The notes under the pieces were generated by a model. It did no database searches. It saw nothing but the letters and a program-made list of their open reading frames with translations, and was not told where the DNA came from. This document shows positions 37,286 to 46,835 of a stretch of 64,000 bases of DNA, one piece after another. This DNA comes from Euryarchaeota archaeon RBG_13_57_23. GTDB lineage: Archaea; Thermoplasmatota; Thermoplasmata; UBA10834. Position 1 is the first letter of the stretch. Each line of letters opens with the position of its first letter. The position numbers were made by a program, and so were the translations under genes. The DNA lies in the NCBI GenBank assembly GCA_001800675.1, contig MGVW01000035.1:6731-70730 (forward strand), given 5' to 3'.

Positions 37286-38485
37286 TCAGAAAACGTTGAT
37301 TTTTCCGCTCACGATCTGCTCAGTAAGATCGGTTATGTTGGCCAGCTTCTCGTCGAAGATGGCGGTGATTTCCTTCTCGTACTTCTTCTGATTGACATTC
37401 GAAGCGTAGATGACCTTAGCGCTGGCAGCCTGAGGCATATCGATGGGATGTCCGATCTGGGAGAGAATCCGCGTGTGCACCTCTACAACGTCTCCACGCC
37501 CAGCCTTCACTATAGCGTCGGCCACCTGGATTGCCAGTATGTTGTAGAGCTTCCCGACATGCGTCACGGGGTTTTTCCCTGCTGAGGCTTCCATGCTCAT
37601 GGGCCTCATCGGAGTAATGAGCCCGTTTGCCCTGTTCCCTCGGCCGACAGACCCGTCGTCCCCGTTCTCCATGCTCAGACCCGATACCGTGAGGTAGTAG
37701 ATCCCCTTCCTGTAGTCGTCCGCAGTGTTCACGTAGACCTTGACTTTCCTCTTGGTGAACTTCTGCGCAAAGTCCTCTATCTTCTCGGTGGCCTGTTCGA
37801 TCGTGCTCTTGTAGTGGCTAGCATCAGGTACGTGGCAATCCACAAGCGCCACCGCGACAGTCAGGTCAATCTCGTCGCCCATGCGGCAGGCCATCACTTT
37901 GACGTCCTCTCCAAGTTCTGGTAGCGTCTTGCAGAGCTTGCCGTTGATGTACTTCTCGGTCTCGAGCGTTATCGTCTCGGTCTCACTCAGCGGGGCGAAA
38001 CCGACTCCGAATGAAGTGTCGTTCGCCAACAGTTTCTTCGTCTCATAGAGCCCCCTGAGGTCGACGCTGCCCTGGCCGATCTTGCAGTCGAGTGTGACAT
38101 CCCAGTCCACGTTGAGGTTCCGGCAGTTATTCTCGAGATAATCGCTCGCCGCCTTGATCGCGCAGGTTCTGTACGGAAGCCTTTCTCCGTTGACCTCGGT
38201 TACTGCTCGACCTACGAGGAGTATGTAGATTGGTTCAAGGATCGAGCCTCCCCCGAACTTCGGTGCGGACTGGCCGCCCACCACCTCGACTTCGTCCGTG
38301 TTATGGTGAAGAATCCGATTGTAGCGTTTCTTGTACATCCCGCACAGCGCCCGAGAAACGCTCTCAGCTAGTCCGTCCGCGATGCTATCCGGATGGCCGA
38401 TACCCTTTCTCTCGACGAATTCAACGTTCTGCTCTTCGATTGGAATCTGCGTGAGTTTCTCGACGAATATCTTTCTCTTAGTCAT
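37286..38485 (-). CDS. mat: S-adenosylmethionine synthetase, archaeal type
   Basis: [51 protein letters not shown]. Confidence 0.96.
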   Translation of the reverse strand: MTKRKIFVEKLTQIPIEEQNVEFVERKGIGHPDSIADGLAESVSRALCGMYKKRYNRILHHNTDEVEVVGGQSAPKFGGGSILEPIYILLVGRAVTEVNGERLPYRTCAIKAASDYLENNCRNLNVDWDVTLDCKIGQGSVDLRGLYETKKLLANDTSFGVGFAPLSETETITLETEKYINGKLCKTLPELGEDVKVMACRMGDEIDLTVAVALVDCHVPDASHYKSTIEQATEKIEDFAQKFTKRKVKVYVNTADDYRKGIYYLTVSGLSMENGDDGSVGRGNRANGLITPMRPMSMEASAGKNPVTHVGKLYNILAIQVADAIVKAGRGDVVEVHTRILSQIGHPIDMPQAASAKVIYASNVNQKKYEKEITAIFDEKLANITDLTEQIVSGKINVF

Positions 38486-38578
38486 TGGCTCATCCCATAA
38501 GAATTGGGGCAAAGAAAGAATATCCGCACTTAACCTTTTCGGACCTTAAACAGTCCTGTCATCAGAGTGGCCAGACTG

Positions 38579-39850
38579 TCACTTCTTCTTGATTCTCTTG
38601 CGCCTGGCCTCTCTTAGGCTCCCCTCCGGTACAAGGCACATCTTCCTTCCGGAAAGGACGCCTGCGACACCTTCCTTGCTCTCCACCCTGCTGTAGTCAT
38701 CGCACATCTTGCAGTTCGGAGGGCAAACGCTCACCCTGTCCTTCGGTTGGGGATAGGAGAATGTTCCTCCCTCGTAATTCCTAAGCACGACTTTCTTGTC
38801 GGACATCGATATGAGATAGGTCGGCGCGACCGGTATCTTGCCGCCACCTCCAGGGGCGTCAACGATGAATGTCGGGACCGAGAATCCGGACGTGTGTCCT
38901 CTGAGTGCCTCCTGGATCTCGATGCCTTTTGCAACATCTGTCCTGAAGTGCTCCAACCCCTTGGAAATGTCGCACTGATAGTAGTAGTATGGCCTGCACC
39001 TGATCTTAACGAGTTCCTGGTTGAGCTTCTTCATGATGGTCGGGCAGTCGTTTAGCCCTTTCAGTAGCACAGTCTGATTCCCAACCGGTATTCCGTGGTC
39101 CGCTAGCATCTCCACAGCCCTCTTCGATTCCGGGGTGATTTCCTTCGGGTGGTTGAAGTGGGTGTTGAGCCAGAGCGGGTGGTATTTCGCCAGCATCTTG
39201 CAGAGCTCTGGAGTGATCCTCTGCGGGAGAGTGCACGGCGCCCTGCTGCCTATCCTGACTATCTCCACATGGTCGATCGCTCGGACCCGCCTGATGATAT
39301 CCTCAAGGAAGGCATCGGAGACCATGAGCGCGTCGCCTCCGGACAGTAGAACATCTCTGACCTCCTCGTGCTCCTTGATGTACTTAATCGATGCGTCGAT
39401 CGCGGACCTATCCCTATGCCTGTCCGTCTGACCGGCGAACCTCCTCCTCGTGCAGTGCCTGCAGTAGTTGCCGCACATGTCGGTGATGAGGAACAAGACC
39501 CTGTCCGGGTACCTGTGTGTCAGGCCGGGAGCAGGCGAGTCGACGTCCTCGAACAGCGGGTCCTCCATATCGGATTTGCTGAAATCCAATTCGCTAATGG
39601 TCGGAACCGCCTGCATTCTGATGGGGTCGTGCGGGTCGTCGGGATCCATCAACGCGGCGAAGTACGGGCTGATCGCCATCCTCAGCACTTTGAGCGATTC
39701 GTGGACTCCCTCCTCCTCCTCGCGTGTGAGATTGATCACCTGCTTGAGCTGGTCCACGGTGGTGATCCTGTTCCTGAGCTGCCAGTGCCAGTCGTCCCAG
39801 TCTTTCTTTGAGACGTCTTTCCATAGCGGTATCTGCTTGTATGATCGCAT
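38579..39850 (-). CDS. kamA: Lysine 2,3-aminomutase
   Basis: HRYPDR, radical-SAM CGNYCRHCTR, SGGD, YQCD and VDAPGGGGK (lysine-binding Asp residues and PLP Lys), C-terminal Zn Cys residues. Confidence 0.93.
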   Translation of the reverse strand: MRSYKQIPLWKDVSKKDWDDWHWQLRNRITTVDQLKQVINLTREEEEGVHESLKVLRMAISPYFAALMDPDDPHDPIRMQAVPTISELDFSKSDMEDPLFEDVDSPAPGLTHRYPDRVLFLITDMCGNYCRHCTRRRFAGQTDRHRDRSAIDASIKYIKEHEEVRDVLLSGGDALMVSDAFLEDIIRRVRAIDHVEIVRIGSRAPCTLPQRITPELCKMLAKYHPLWLNTHFNHPKEITPESKRAVEMLADHGIPVGNQTVLLKGLNDCPTIMKKLNQELVKIRCRPYYYYQCDISKGLEHFRTDVAKGIEIQEALRGHTSGFSVPTFIVDAPGGGGKIPVAPTYLISMSDKKVVLRNYEGGTFSYPQPKDRVSVCPPNCKMCDDYSRVESKEGVAGVLSGRKMCLVPEGSLREARRKRIKKK

Positions 39851-40164
39851 CAGGGCTGCCCCCAAGTAGGTGTGTGATTTCCGCATTGTTCCACAGTCTA
39901 TTTATCACCTGTCCACATCGTTCGTCGCAGCGTTACGAACTCGGATTCTGCGATTCGAAATCGGAAACAATTCGAAGCCCAGTCGCCTTTTCGTAGCCGA
40001 TTGTCTAATTCAGACGGAGCGCGCGTGTAAATCGCATATCGTTAAATACGCTGACCCTGATTCGAGAAAACACCATTCCAGACGGCTCGGAAACGACGTC
40101 GAAAACGCATGTTCCTCTAACATGGGTTCACCATCCTTGGCGGGGGTAAGCGGAAGGGATTGAC

Positions 40165-41331
40165 ATGAAGAAAGTAGCAATCGTCGGAGCAGGGCAGAGC
40201 AGATACGGAGACTTCCCCGACAAGGGCATCAAAGAATTGTTCTTCGAAGCGTACAAGGACATGAAAGCTAGCGTCGACAAGGGGCTGGACCCCAAGGCCA
40301 TCGAGTCCGCCTACATAGGCAACCTGGGCTCGGGCGGCTTCCAGCTAGGCAACATGTCCGCCCTTGTGACGGAGTACTGCGGGCTCACTCACATCAACAC
40401 CATGAGGATTGAGAATGCATGCGCTTCCGGAGGCTACGCCCTGGTAGCTGCCGTCATGGACGTGATGTCTGGGACCCACAAGGCCGTGCTCGCAGGCGGC
40501 GTCGAGAAGATGACCGATGTTTCTGGTGTCAAGCAGAAGTACTGGCTCGGAGTCTCCGGAGATACCGAGTACGAGAGGCTCGCAGGGACGACCTTCTCCG
40601 GCCTTTACGCACTGATCGCGCAGAGGCACATGCACGATTTCGGCACGAAGAGAGAACATCTCTCAATGGTGGCCGTCAAGAACCACAAGAACGGCGCGCA
40701 GAACCCCAAGGCCCAGTTCCAAAGGGAGATCACCCTCGAACAGGCCATCAAGGGACCGATTGTGGCGAGCCCTCTGAACCTGTTCGATTGCTGCTCGACC
40801 ACAGACGGGGCGTCCGCGGTGCTCGTCTGTGACGCGGAGATCGCAAAGCAGTACACGGACACACCAGTCTACGTCGCGGGGTTCGGAACCGCTAGCGACT
40901 TCTTGGCAATCCACGACCGCCCGGACACGACGACCCTCGAAGGAACGAGGAGAGCGGGCGAGATGGCCTACAAGATGTCCGGGCTGACTCCTAAGGACAT
41001 ACAACTGGCCGAAGTCCACGACTGCTTCACGATCGCGGAGCTACTTGCGTACGAAGACCTGGGATTCTGCGAGAAGGGTAAGGCAGGTCCGTTCATCGAG
41101 CAGGGCCATACGCAGATCGGAGGGGACAAGCCGGTCAACGCCAGCGGAGGTCTGAAGTCCAAGGGCCACCCGATCGGGTCCACAGGCACGGGCATGGCGT
41201 ACGAGATGTTCAACCAGCTCAGAGGGAGCGTCCAGAAGCCAACCAGACAGATCAAGGGCGCGGAGATCGGGCTGATTCACAATGTTGGTGGGTCGGGCGG
41301 GACCGTCGCGGTCACCATTATGAGGAGGTAA
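40165..41331 (+). CDS. Archaeal (SCP2-type) thiolase
   Basis: ENACASG, GVEKM, DGASA, EVHDCF, KGHPIGSTG, HNVGG. Confidence 0.92.
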   Translation: MKKVAIVGAGQSRYGDFPDKGIKELFFEAYKDMKASVDKGLDPKAIESAYIGNLGSGGFQLGNMSALVTEYCGLTHINTMRIENACASGGYALVAAVMDVMSGTHKAVLAGGVEKMTDVSGVKQKYWLGVSGDTEYERLAGTTFSGLYALIAQRHMHDFGTKREHLSMVAVKNHKNGAQNPKAQFQREITLEQAIKGPIVASPLNLFDCCSTTDGASAVLVCDAEIAKQYTDTPVYVAGFGTASDFLAIHDRPDTTTLEGTRRAGEMAYKMSGLTPKDIQLAEVHDCFTIAELLAYEDLGFCEKGKAGPFIEQGHTQIGGDKPVNASGGLKSKGHPIGSTGTGMAYEMFNQLRGSVQKPTRQIKGAEIGLIHNVGGSGGTVAVTIMRR

Positions 41332-42353
41332 TGGCAATGGCAATCGGTATCTCTGGATATAGCGCGTACATACCAAGGCTGAGGATCAAGAAGGAAGATT
41401 ATGCGAAGGCCTGGGGGTCGTTCTCGGCGGCGGGCGTGGCGGAGAAATCCGTCATGGGCTTCGATGAGGATGTACTGACCGCAGCTGCCAAGGTGTCCAA
41501 GAGGGCGTTGGAATCCGTGCCGATGGCTCCCGACAAGGTGACCAGGTTCGCATTTGCGTCGACGTCTCCACCATACTTCGAGAAGCTGCTCTCGGGGACT
41601 GTGCTTTACTCCGTGGGAATGCCGAATTCAGCCTTTTCGAGTGACCACACGACCTCGACCCGCGCGGGCACCGAGGCAATGATCGCGGGGTTTGAGCACA
41701 TCTCGGCCAACCAGACAGGAATGGCTGTCGTAGTGGCTGCGGATGCACCCAGCGCGAGCATGTGGGATTCCGTGGAGCACGCGCTTGGGGCTGGAGCAGC
41801 GGCATTCGTCTTGTCCGCAGATAATCTCGTCGCGGAACTCGAAGGACATGCCTCATACGCGAGCGAGTACTTCGGGGAGCGTTTCAGGCCGAGGGGAAAT
41901 CCCTACCTACACGACCTGAATGTGAAGAAGTATGCCGAGGGTTCACTCATAACGAATACCACGCGTGCGGCCAACGCGCTTCTTAAGAGCCTGAACAGGA
42001 AGCCGGAGGAGTACCAGCACGTCGTAATCCAACAGCCGGACGCGAGGGTCCCAACGACTGTCGCATCGAGGTTGGGTTTCACGGACGCACAGCTCGCATC
42101 ATCTCTTGTGTCCAAGTCGTTGGGAGACCTTGGGGCGGCGTCGGTCCCCGTGGCGCTTGCGGCAGCTCTGGATGTGGCGAAGGTGGGAGACCAGATAATG
42201 GTCATTTCCTACGGATCAGGGGCAGGTAGCGACGCGTTGAGCTTCAAGGTCGTCAGCGACCGAAAGGCTCCTGTCAAGGTCCAGGCGGAGATGGACCGCA
42301 AGGAGTACATTGACTATGTCAAGTACCTCAAGATCAAAGGAGCCATTGTGTGA
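41331..42353 (+). CDS. HMG-CoA synthase/PhlA-like protein lacking catalytic residues
   Basis: Fold motifs YIPRLRI, EKSV..DED, GAGAAAF, SYGSGAGSDA are present, but the protein has no cysteine. Confidence 0.85.
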   Translation: MAMAIGISGYSAYIPRLRIKKEDYAKAWGSFSAAGVAEKSVMGFDEDVLTAAAKVSKRALESVPMAPDKVTRFAFASTSPPYFEKLLSGTVLYSVGMPNSAFSSDHTTSTRAGTEAMIAGFEHISANQTGMAVVVAADAPSASMWDSVEHALGAGAAAFVLSADNLVAELEGHASYASEYFGERFRPRGNPYLHDLNVKKYAEGSLITNTTRAANALLKSLNRKPEEYQHVVIQQPDARVPTTVASRLGFTDAQLASSLVSKSLGDLGAASVPVALAAALDVAKVGDQIMVISYGSGAGSDALSFKVVSDRKAPVKVQAEMDRKEYIDYVKYLKIKGAIV

Positions 42354-42362
42354 GGTGATGTT

Positions 42363-42776
42363 GTGGCACATGTTTCAGTTCCGATGTACTGGAGGACCAT
42401 ACCTCAGAGATACAAGATGATTGGACAGAAGTGCAAGAAGTGCGGCGCGATCAACTTCCCGCCTAAGGGCGTGTGCAAGTACTGCCAGACCTCTTCCGAG
42501 TTCGAGGAGATCCAGCTCAGTGGCAGAGGGAAGGTCCACACGTTCGTCCTGATCAGCGCCGGTGGAGCCCCTCCGGAGTTCGCCGAACAGGAGAAGGCAG
42601 GGGGCCAGTACCCGGTCGCAATTGTGCAGCTGGAAGAAGGGCCCAAGGTGATCGGCCAGATAGCGGATGTCGATCCCAAGGAAGTGAAGATCGACATGCC
42701 GGTCAAAGCAGAGCTCAGGAAGATCTACACTGAGGAAGAGGTCATCAGATACGGATTCAAGTTCGTTCCAGGATGA
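42363..42776 (+). CDS. DUF35 Zn-ribbon/OB-fold scaffold protein
   Basis: CKKCG..FPP..CKYC, GKVHTF, QLEEG, IRYGFKF. Confidence 0.92.
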   Translation: MAHVSVPMYWRTIPQRYKMIGQKCKKCGAINFPPKGVCKYCQTSSEFEEIQLSGRGKVHTFVLISAGGAPPEFAEQEKAGGQYPVAIVQLEEGPKVIGQIADVDPKEVKIDMPVKAELRKIYTEEEVIRYGFKFVPG

Positions 42777-42792
42777 AAGGGAGTGAGATAAG

Positions 42793-43710
42793 ATGAGCAC
42801 AGGCAAACTGACCACGATGAGGGAGGCCGTCTCCAGATACGTGAAGGACGGAGACGAGATTTACTTGGCGGGATTCACGCACATGATCCCGTTCGCAGCA
42901 GGGCATGAGATCATCAGGCAGAAGCGGAAGGATCTGACGCTCTGCCGTGCAACTCCGGACATCATCTACGACCAGATGATCGCCGCAGGATGCTGCAAGA
43001 AGCTCATGTTCAGCTACGCTGGTAACCCCGGTGTGGGGTCGCTCAGATGCTTCAGGAGAGCCCTGGAGAAGGGCATACCGAACAAGATAGAGATAGACGA
43101 GTACTCGCACTTCGGACTCTCGGGGAGGTTGTTCGCGGGGGCGACGAACATGCACTTCCTGCCCATGAGGACCAACAGGGGCTCCGACCTTCCGCAACAG
43201 AACCCGAACATCAAGACGGTAAGGGACCCGTACACAGGGGACGAAGTGTCAGTGGTCCCACCGCTGAAGCCAGATGTGGCCGTGGTGCATGTCCAGCGCT
43301 GCGATTCCAACGGGAACTCGCACATATGGGGCATCATAGGCGAGCAGAAGGACGCGGCCTTCGCGGCAAAGAAGGTCATCATAAGCGCGGAGGAGATCGT
43401 GGACGAGAGCGTCATCAGATCGGATCCCAACCGCACTCTCATCCCTGATTTCATAGTACACTCAGTAGTGCACGAGCCATGGGCCTGCCATCCGTCATAT
43501 GTCCAGGGATACTACGACAGGGACAACGAGTTCTACATGCAGTGGGACGAGATAACCAAGGAGCACGACACCACGATGAAGTACATGGACGAGTGGGTTT
43601 TCGGGGTCGAGAACCGCCAACAGTACATGAAGAAGATTCAGCAGGACAAGATCAACAAGCTCACGCCGAAGGCTTGCATGAGCGCCCCCGTCAGCTACGG
43701 GAGCGTGTGA
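42793..43710 (+). CDS. CoA-transferase subunit A (glutaconate/3-oxoadipate type)
   Basis: IPFAAGHEIIRQ, DQMIAAG, GNPGVG, PDVAVVHVQRCD, HPSY..GYYDRD. Confidence 0.9.
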   Translation: MSTGKLTTMREAVSRYVKDGDEIYLAGFTHMIPFAAGHEIIRQKRKDLTLCRATPDIIYDQMIAAGCCKKLMFSYAGNPGVGSLRCFRRALEKGIPNKIEIDEYSHFGLSGRLFAGATNMHFLPMRTNRGSDLPQQNPNIKTVRDPYTGDEVSVVPPLKPDVAVVHVQRCDSNGNSHIWGIIGEQKDAAFAAKKVIISAEEIVDESVIRSDPNRTLIPDFIVHSVVHEPWACHPSYVQGYYDRDNEFYMQWDEITKEHDTTMKYMDEWVFGVENRQQYMKKIQQDKINKLTPKACMSAPVSYGSV

Positions 43711-43717
43711 GGAGGTC

Positions 43718-44485
43718 ATGAACATGTCAGAATGCACACCGAGCGAGCTGATGGTCGCAGTGGCTGCAAGAGAGCTCAAGGACCATGATACGGTACTGGT
43801 CGGGGTTGGCATACCGAACCTCGCGGCCAACCTGGCCAAGAAGCTGCAGGCGCCGAACCTGGTGATGGTATACGAGTCAGGAGCGGTCGGGTCAAATCCG
43901 AGCAGAATGCCGCTCTCGATCGGAGACCCATGCCTGGTGACAGGTGCGAAGAGCGTGTGTTCGATGTACGAGCAGTTCGCGTACTACCTTCAGGGTGGGC
44001 GCATCGATGTCGGGTTCCTGGGAGGCGCTCAGATCGACAAGTACGGGAACATCAACTCGACCGTCATCGGCAGCTATAAGGCCCCGAAGGTTCGGCTGCC
44101 GGGGAGCGGCGGGGCATGCGATATCGCCTCGAACGTCAAGAAGATCATTGTAATCACGCCGCACGAGAAGCGGAGGTTCGTGGAGAGGGTCGACTTCCTC
44201 ACGAGCCCAGGATTCGTTGACGGCAAAGAGAAATGGAAGCAGCTGAAGCTCATTGGCGGGGGACCATATGCGGTCATCACAAACCTCTGCACGATGAAGT
44301 TCGACGATGTCACCGGTGAGATGATGGTCACCTCCCTTCATCCAGGTGTCACGATCGAGAAGGTCTGGGAGAACACCCCGTGGAAGGTCAAGGTGTCGGC
44401 GAATTTGGAGCAGACTCCTCCGCCGACGGAGAAGGAGATATCCGCCTTGAGGGCCCTGGACCCGAACAAGACCTACCTAGGGTGA
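43718..44485 (+). CDS. CoA-transferase subunit B
   Basis: VGVGIP, YESG (catalytic Glu), LGGAQIDKYGNIN, RLPGSGGA, VDFLTSPG. Confidence 0.9.
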   Translation: MNMSECTPSELMVAVAARELKDHDTVLVGVGIPNLAANLAKKLQAPNLVMVYESGAVGSNPSRMPLSIGDPCLVTGAKSVCSMYEQFAYYLQGGRIDVGFLGGAQIDKYGNINSTVIGSYKAPKVRLPGSGGACDIASNVKKIIVITPHEKRRFVERVDFLTSPGFVDGKEKWKQLKLIGGGPYAVITNLCTMKFDDVTGEMMVTSLHPGVTIEKVWENTPWKVKVSANLEQTPPPTEKEISALRALDPNKTYLG

Positions 44486-44491
44486 GGAACC

Positions 44492-45841
44492 ATGAGCCCG
44501 AGCTTTGATCCGATGGCGGAGTACAACGCGAAGACGAAGAGGAGCGCTCAGTGGTTCGAGACGGCTAGCAAGCATCTTCCGGGAGGCGTGACCGGGAACG
44601 TCAAGTTCTATCCTCCGTATCCCGTGTACCTGAAGAAGGCGAAAGGTTCGCATGTCTGGGACCTCGACGGGAACGAGTACATCGACTATATGCTGTGCTT
44701 CGGCCCGTTGATTCTTGGACACGCACACCCAAGGGTCGTGGAGGCCGTTAGGAAGCAGGTCGAGCAGGACGGCACACACATATTCGGCGCTCCACACGAA
44801 CTCGAAGCAAAGATGGCGGAGCGACTGAAGGGCATCTTTCCGTTCGCTGACAGCGTTAGGTTCACGAACTCCGGGCTTGAGGCAACGATGCACTCGTTGC
44901 GGGTCGCAAAGGGCTTCAGGAAGAAGACGAAGGTGGCCAAGTTCGAGGGAGCCTATCACGGATGCTACGACGAGGTTCTTTGCAGCTTGGCACCAGCAGA
45001 GAGCGCCGCTGGCCCGAGAGCTTCGCCCAAGACGGTTCCCGGGTCCTATGGCACCTCCGAGACTACAGTAGAGAACGTTCTCGTGCTTCCCTACAACGAT
45101 ATCGAGAATTCGGTGAGGATCATGAGGGCGCACAAAGACGAACTCGCAGCCGTCATCATGGAGCCGGTTCAGCGGGGGTTCGTGGTTCCAGACATCGAGT
45201 TTCTCAGAGTGGTCAGGGAGACCACGAGGGAGCTCGGCATCCCGTTGATTTTCGATGAGGTGATGTCGGGGTTCAGGATGGAGGTCTTCGGCGGCGCGTG
45301 CACACAGTACAGGGTGGAACCTGACATGATCTGCCTGGGCAAGATCATCGGGGGCGGGTTCCCGAGCGGAGCATTCCTCGGGAAACGTGATATCATGGAC
45401 ATGGTCAACCCTGTCACCCGCGCCAAAGACCAGCGCGTGTTCCACGGCGGCACTTTCAACGGGCATCCGACGGTGTTGTCCGCAGGCTGGGCCACGCTCG
45501 ATGTACTTCAGGAACCCAAGACCTACCCGTACCTGAACAGGATCTCCGACAAGCTGAGGGATGGCTTTAACGATCTGTTCAGCCGGATGGGTTTCGAGGC
45601 GAGGGCCATCGGTCCCGGTTCGACCTTCAACCTCGTGTTCTCGAAGGGCAAGATAGGCGACTACAGGGATGCCGCGAGAGCAGATGCGAAGCTAAGGCAG
45701 AAGTTGGACTACGGAATGCTCGCCAGAGGGTTACACTTCCATCCAGACAAGCCGTTCTATACTTGCACGGAGCACTCCGATAATGATGTCGCCCGCACGC
45801 TTAGCGTAGCCGATGAAGTCCTGAAGAAGATGAAGCAATAG
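44492..45841 (+). CDS. Class III PLP aminotransferase (HemL-like)
   Basis: DLDGNEYIDY, GPLILGH, NSGLEA, GAYHG, FDEVMSGFR, GKIIGGGFP, GTFNGHP. Confidence 0.9.
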   Translation: MSPSFDPMAEYNAKTKRSAQWFETASKHLPGGVTGNVKFYPPYPVYLKKAKGSHVWDLDGNEYIDYMLCFGPLILGHAHPRVVEAVRKQVEQDGTHIFGAPHELEAKMAERLKGIFPFADSVRFTNSGLEATMHSLRVAKGFRKKTKVAKFEGAYHGCYDEVLCSLAPAESAAGPRASPKTVPGSYGTSETTVENVLVLPYNDIENSVRIMRAHKDELAAVIMEPVQRGFVVPDIEFLRVVRETTRELGIPLIFDEVMSGFRMEVFGGACTQYRVEPDMICLGKIIGGGFPSGAFLGKRDIMDMVNPVTRAKDQRVFHGGTFNGHPTVLSAGWATLDVLQEPKTYPYLNRISDKLRDGFNDLFSRMGFEARAIGPGSTFNLVFSKGKIGDYRDAARADAKLRQKLDYGMLARGLHFHPDKPFYTCTEHSDNDVARTLSVADEVLKKMKQ

Positions 45842-45845
45842 ACAC

Positions 45846-46706
45846 TCAGATTTCGGCGACTAGCTTGCCACGGAATTCGCACTGCGCAGGGCCGGTCATG
45901 AAGGCCCGCCCATCCATGTCCAGCTCCACTTCGATGGTCCCTCCAGGCGGTCGCACTTTTACGGTTCCAGGCTTCACCCACTTGAGCATTAGCGCCACGG
46001 CGGCACTCGCCGTCGCACCGGTGCCGCAGGCTAGCGTCTCGTCATAGACTCCTCGCTCGTAGGTCCGGATCCTGATCTCGTGAGGGCCTGCGACCTCGAC
46101 GAAGTTGAGGTTCACACCGTGTGGGAAGCGCTTCACGTCGGCATTGATCTCCTCTCCCAAGGCCCTGACATCTATTGCGGCTACATTTCGGACCCTGATG
46201 ACAATGTGGGGTTCGCCCGAGTTCACGATTGATGCGTTTAGCTTCCCCGCATGTGCGCTGAGAGGGAACCGAAGCATCGAGTCAGTATCTCTGCCTTTGT
46301 CCATCACGTACGCCTTAAGATCCTTCCTTTCTGTGCGCACGATCCCCATGTCCACTCTGAACTCATCGCCGACCCGAACGATGTGCTTCACACCGTCCCT
46401 TGTCAGGATGTCGAGTTTCGATTTGCCGAGCTTGTCCGCAAGGTAAGAAGCGACGCACCTGATGCCGTTGCCGCACATGACCGCCTCGTTCCCCGCGGGT
46501 TCGAACAGACGCATCGAGCCATCCACATCCCTGGCCCTTTCCAGGAATATCACCCCGTCCGCTCCCACCTTGAAATGTCGGTCGGTCAATGACTTGGCCA
46601 GCTTGCTCCTTGCGGTGTCCGGAGTCTTGCGGCCCTTGAGTTCGTCAACGATGATGAAATCGTTTCCGCACCCCTGGAACTTGCTGAAATCTAGCTTGAC
46701 CCTCAT
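45846..46706 (-). CDS. dapF: Diaminopimelate epimerase
   Basis: GCGNDF, GADG, MCGNGIRC, GEPH, ERGV.ETLACGTG. Confidence 0.92.
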   Translation of the reverse strand: MRVKLDFSKFQGCGNDFIIVDELKGRKTPDTARSKLAKSLTDRHFKVGADGVIFLERARDVDGSMRLFEPAGNEAVMCGNGIRCVASYLADKLGKSKLDILTRDGVKHIVRVGDEFRVDMGIVRTERKDLKAYVMDKGRDTDSMLRFPLSAHAGKLNASIVNSGEPHIVIRVRNVAAIDVRALGEEINADVKRFPHGVNLNFVEVAGPHEIRIRTYERGVYDETLACGTGATASAAVALMLKWVKPGTVKVRPPGGTIEVELDMDGRAFMTGPAQCEFRGKLVAEI

Positions 46707-46835
46707 CTGCTACCGTCATGGCGCGGTAGGATTTAATCGTGCTTCAAGCCACATCAGAAAACGATTAAATAACCACTGTGGGATTTCGGACAGCACACGC
46801 CAAGGCCAGCGATTTGCGCCGAAGGGAGAACTCCA

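Noticed and set aside
39886..40164. Lysine or SAM riboswitch in the kamA-thiolase intergenic region
   Set aside because: Only short palindromes (CATGTT-N5-AACATG, CGATT-N3-AATCG); no recognisable aptamer.
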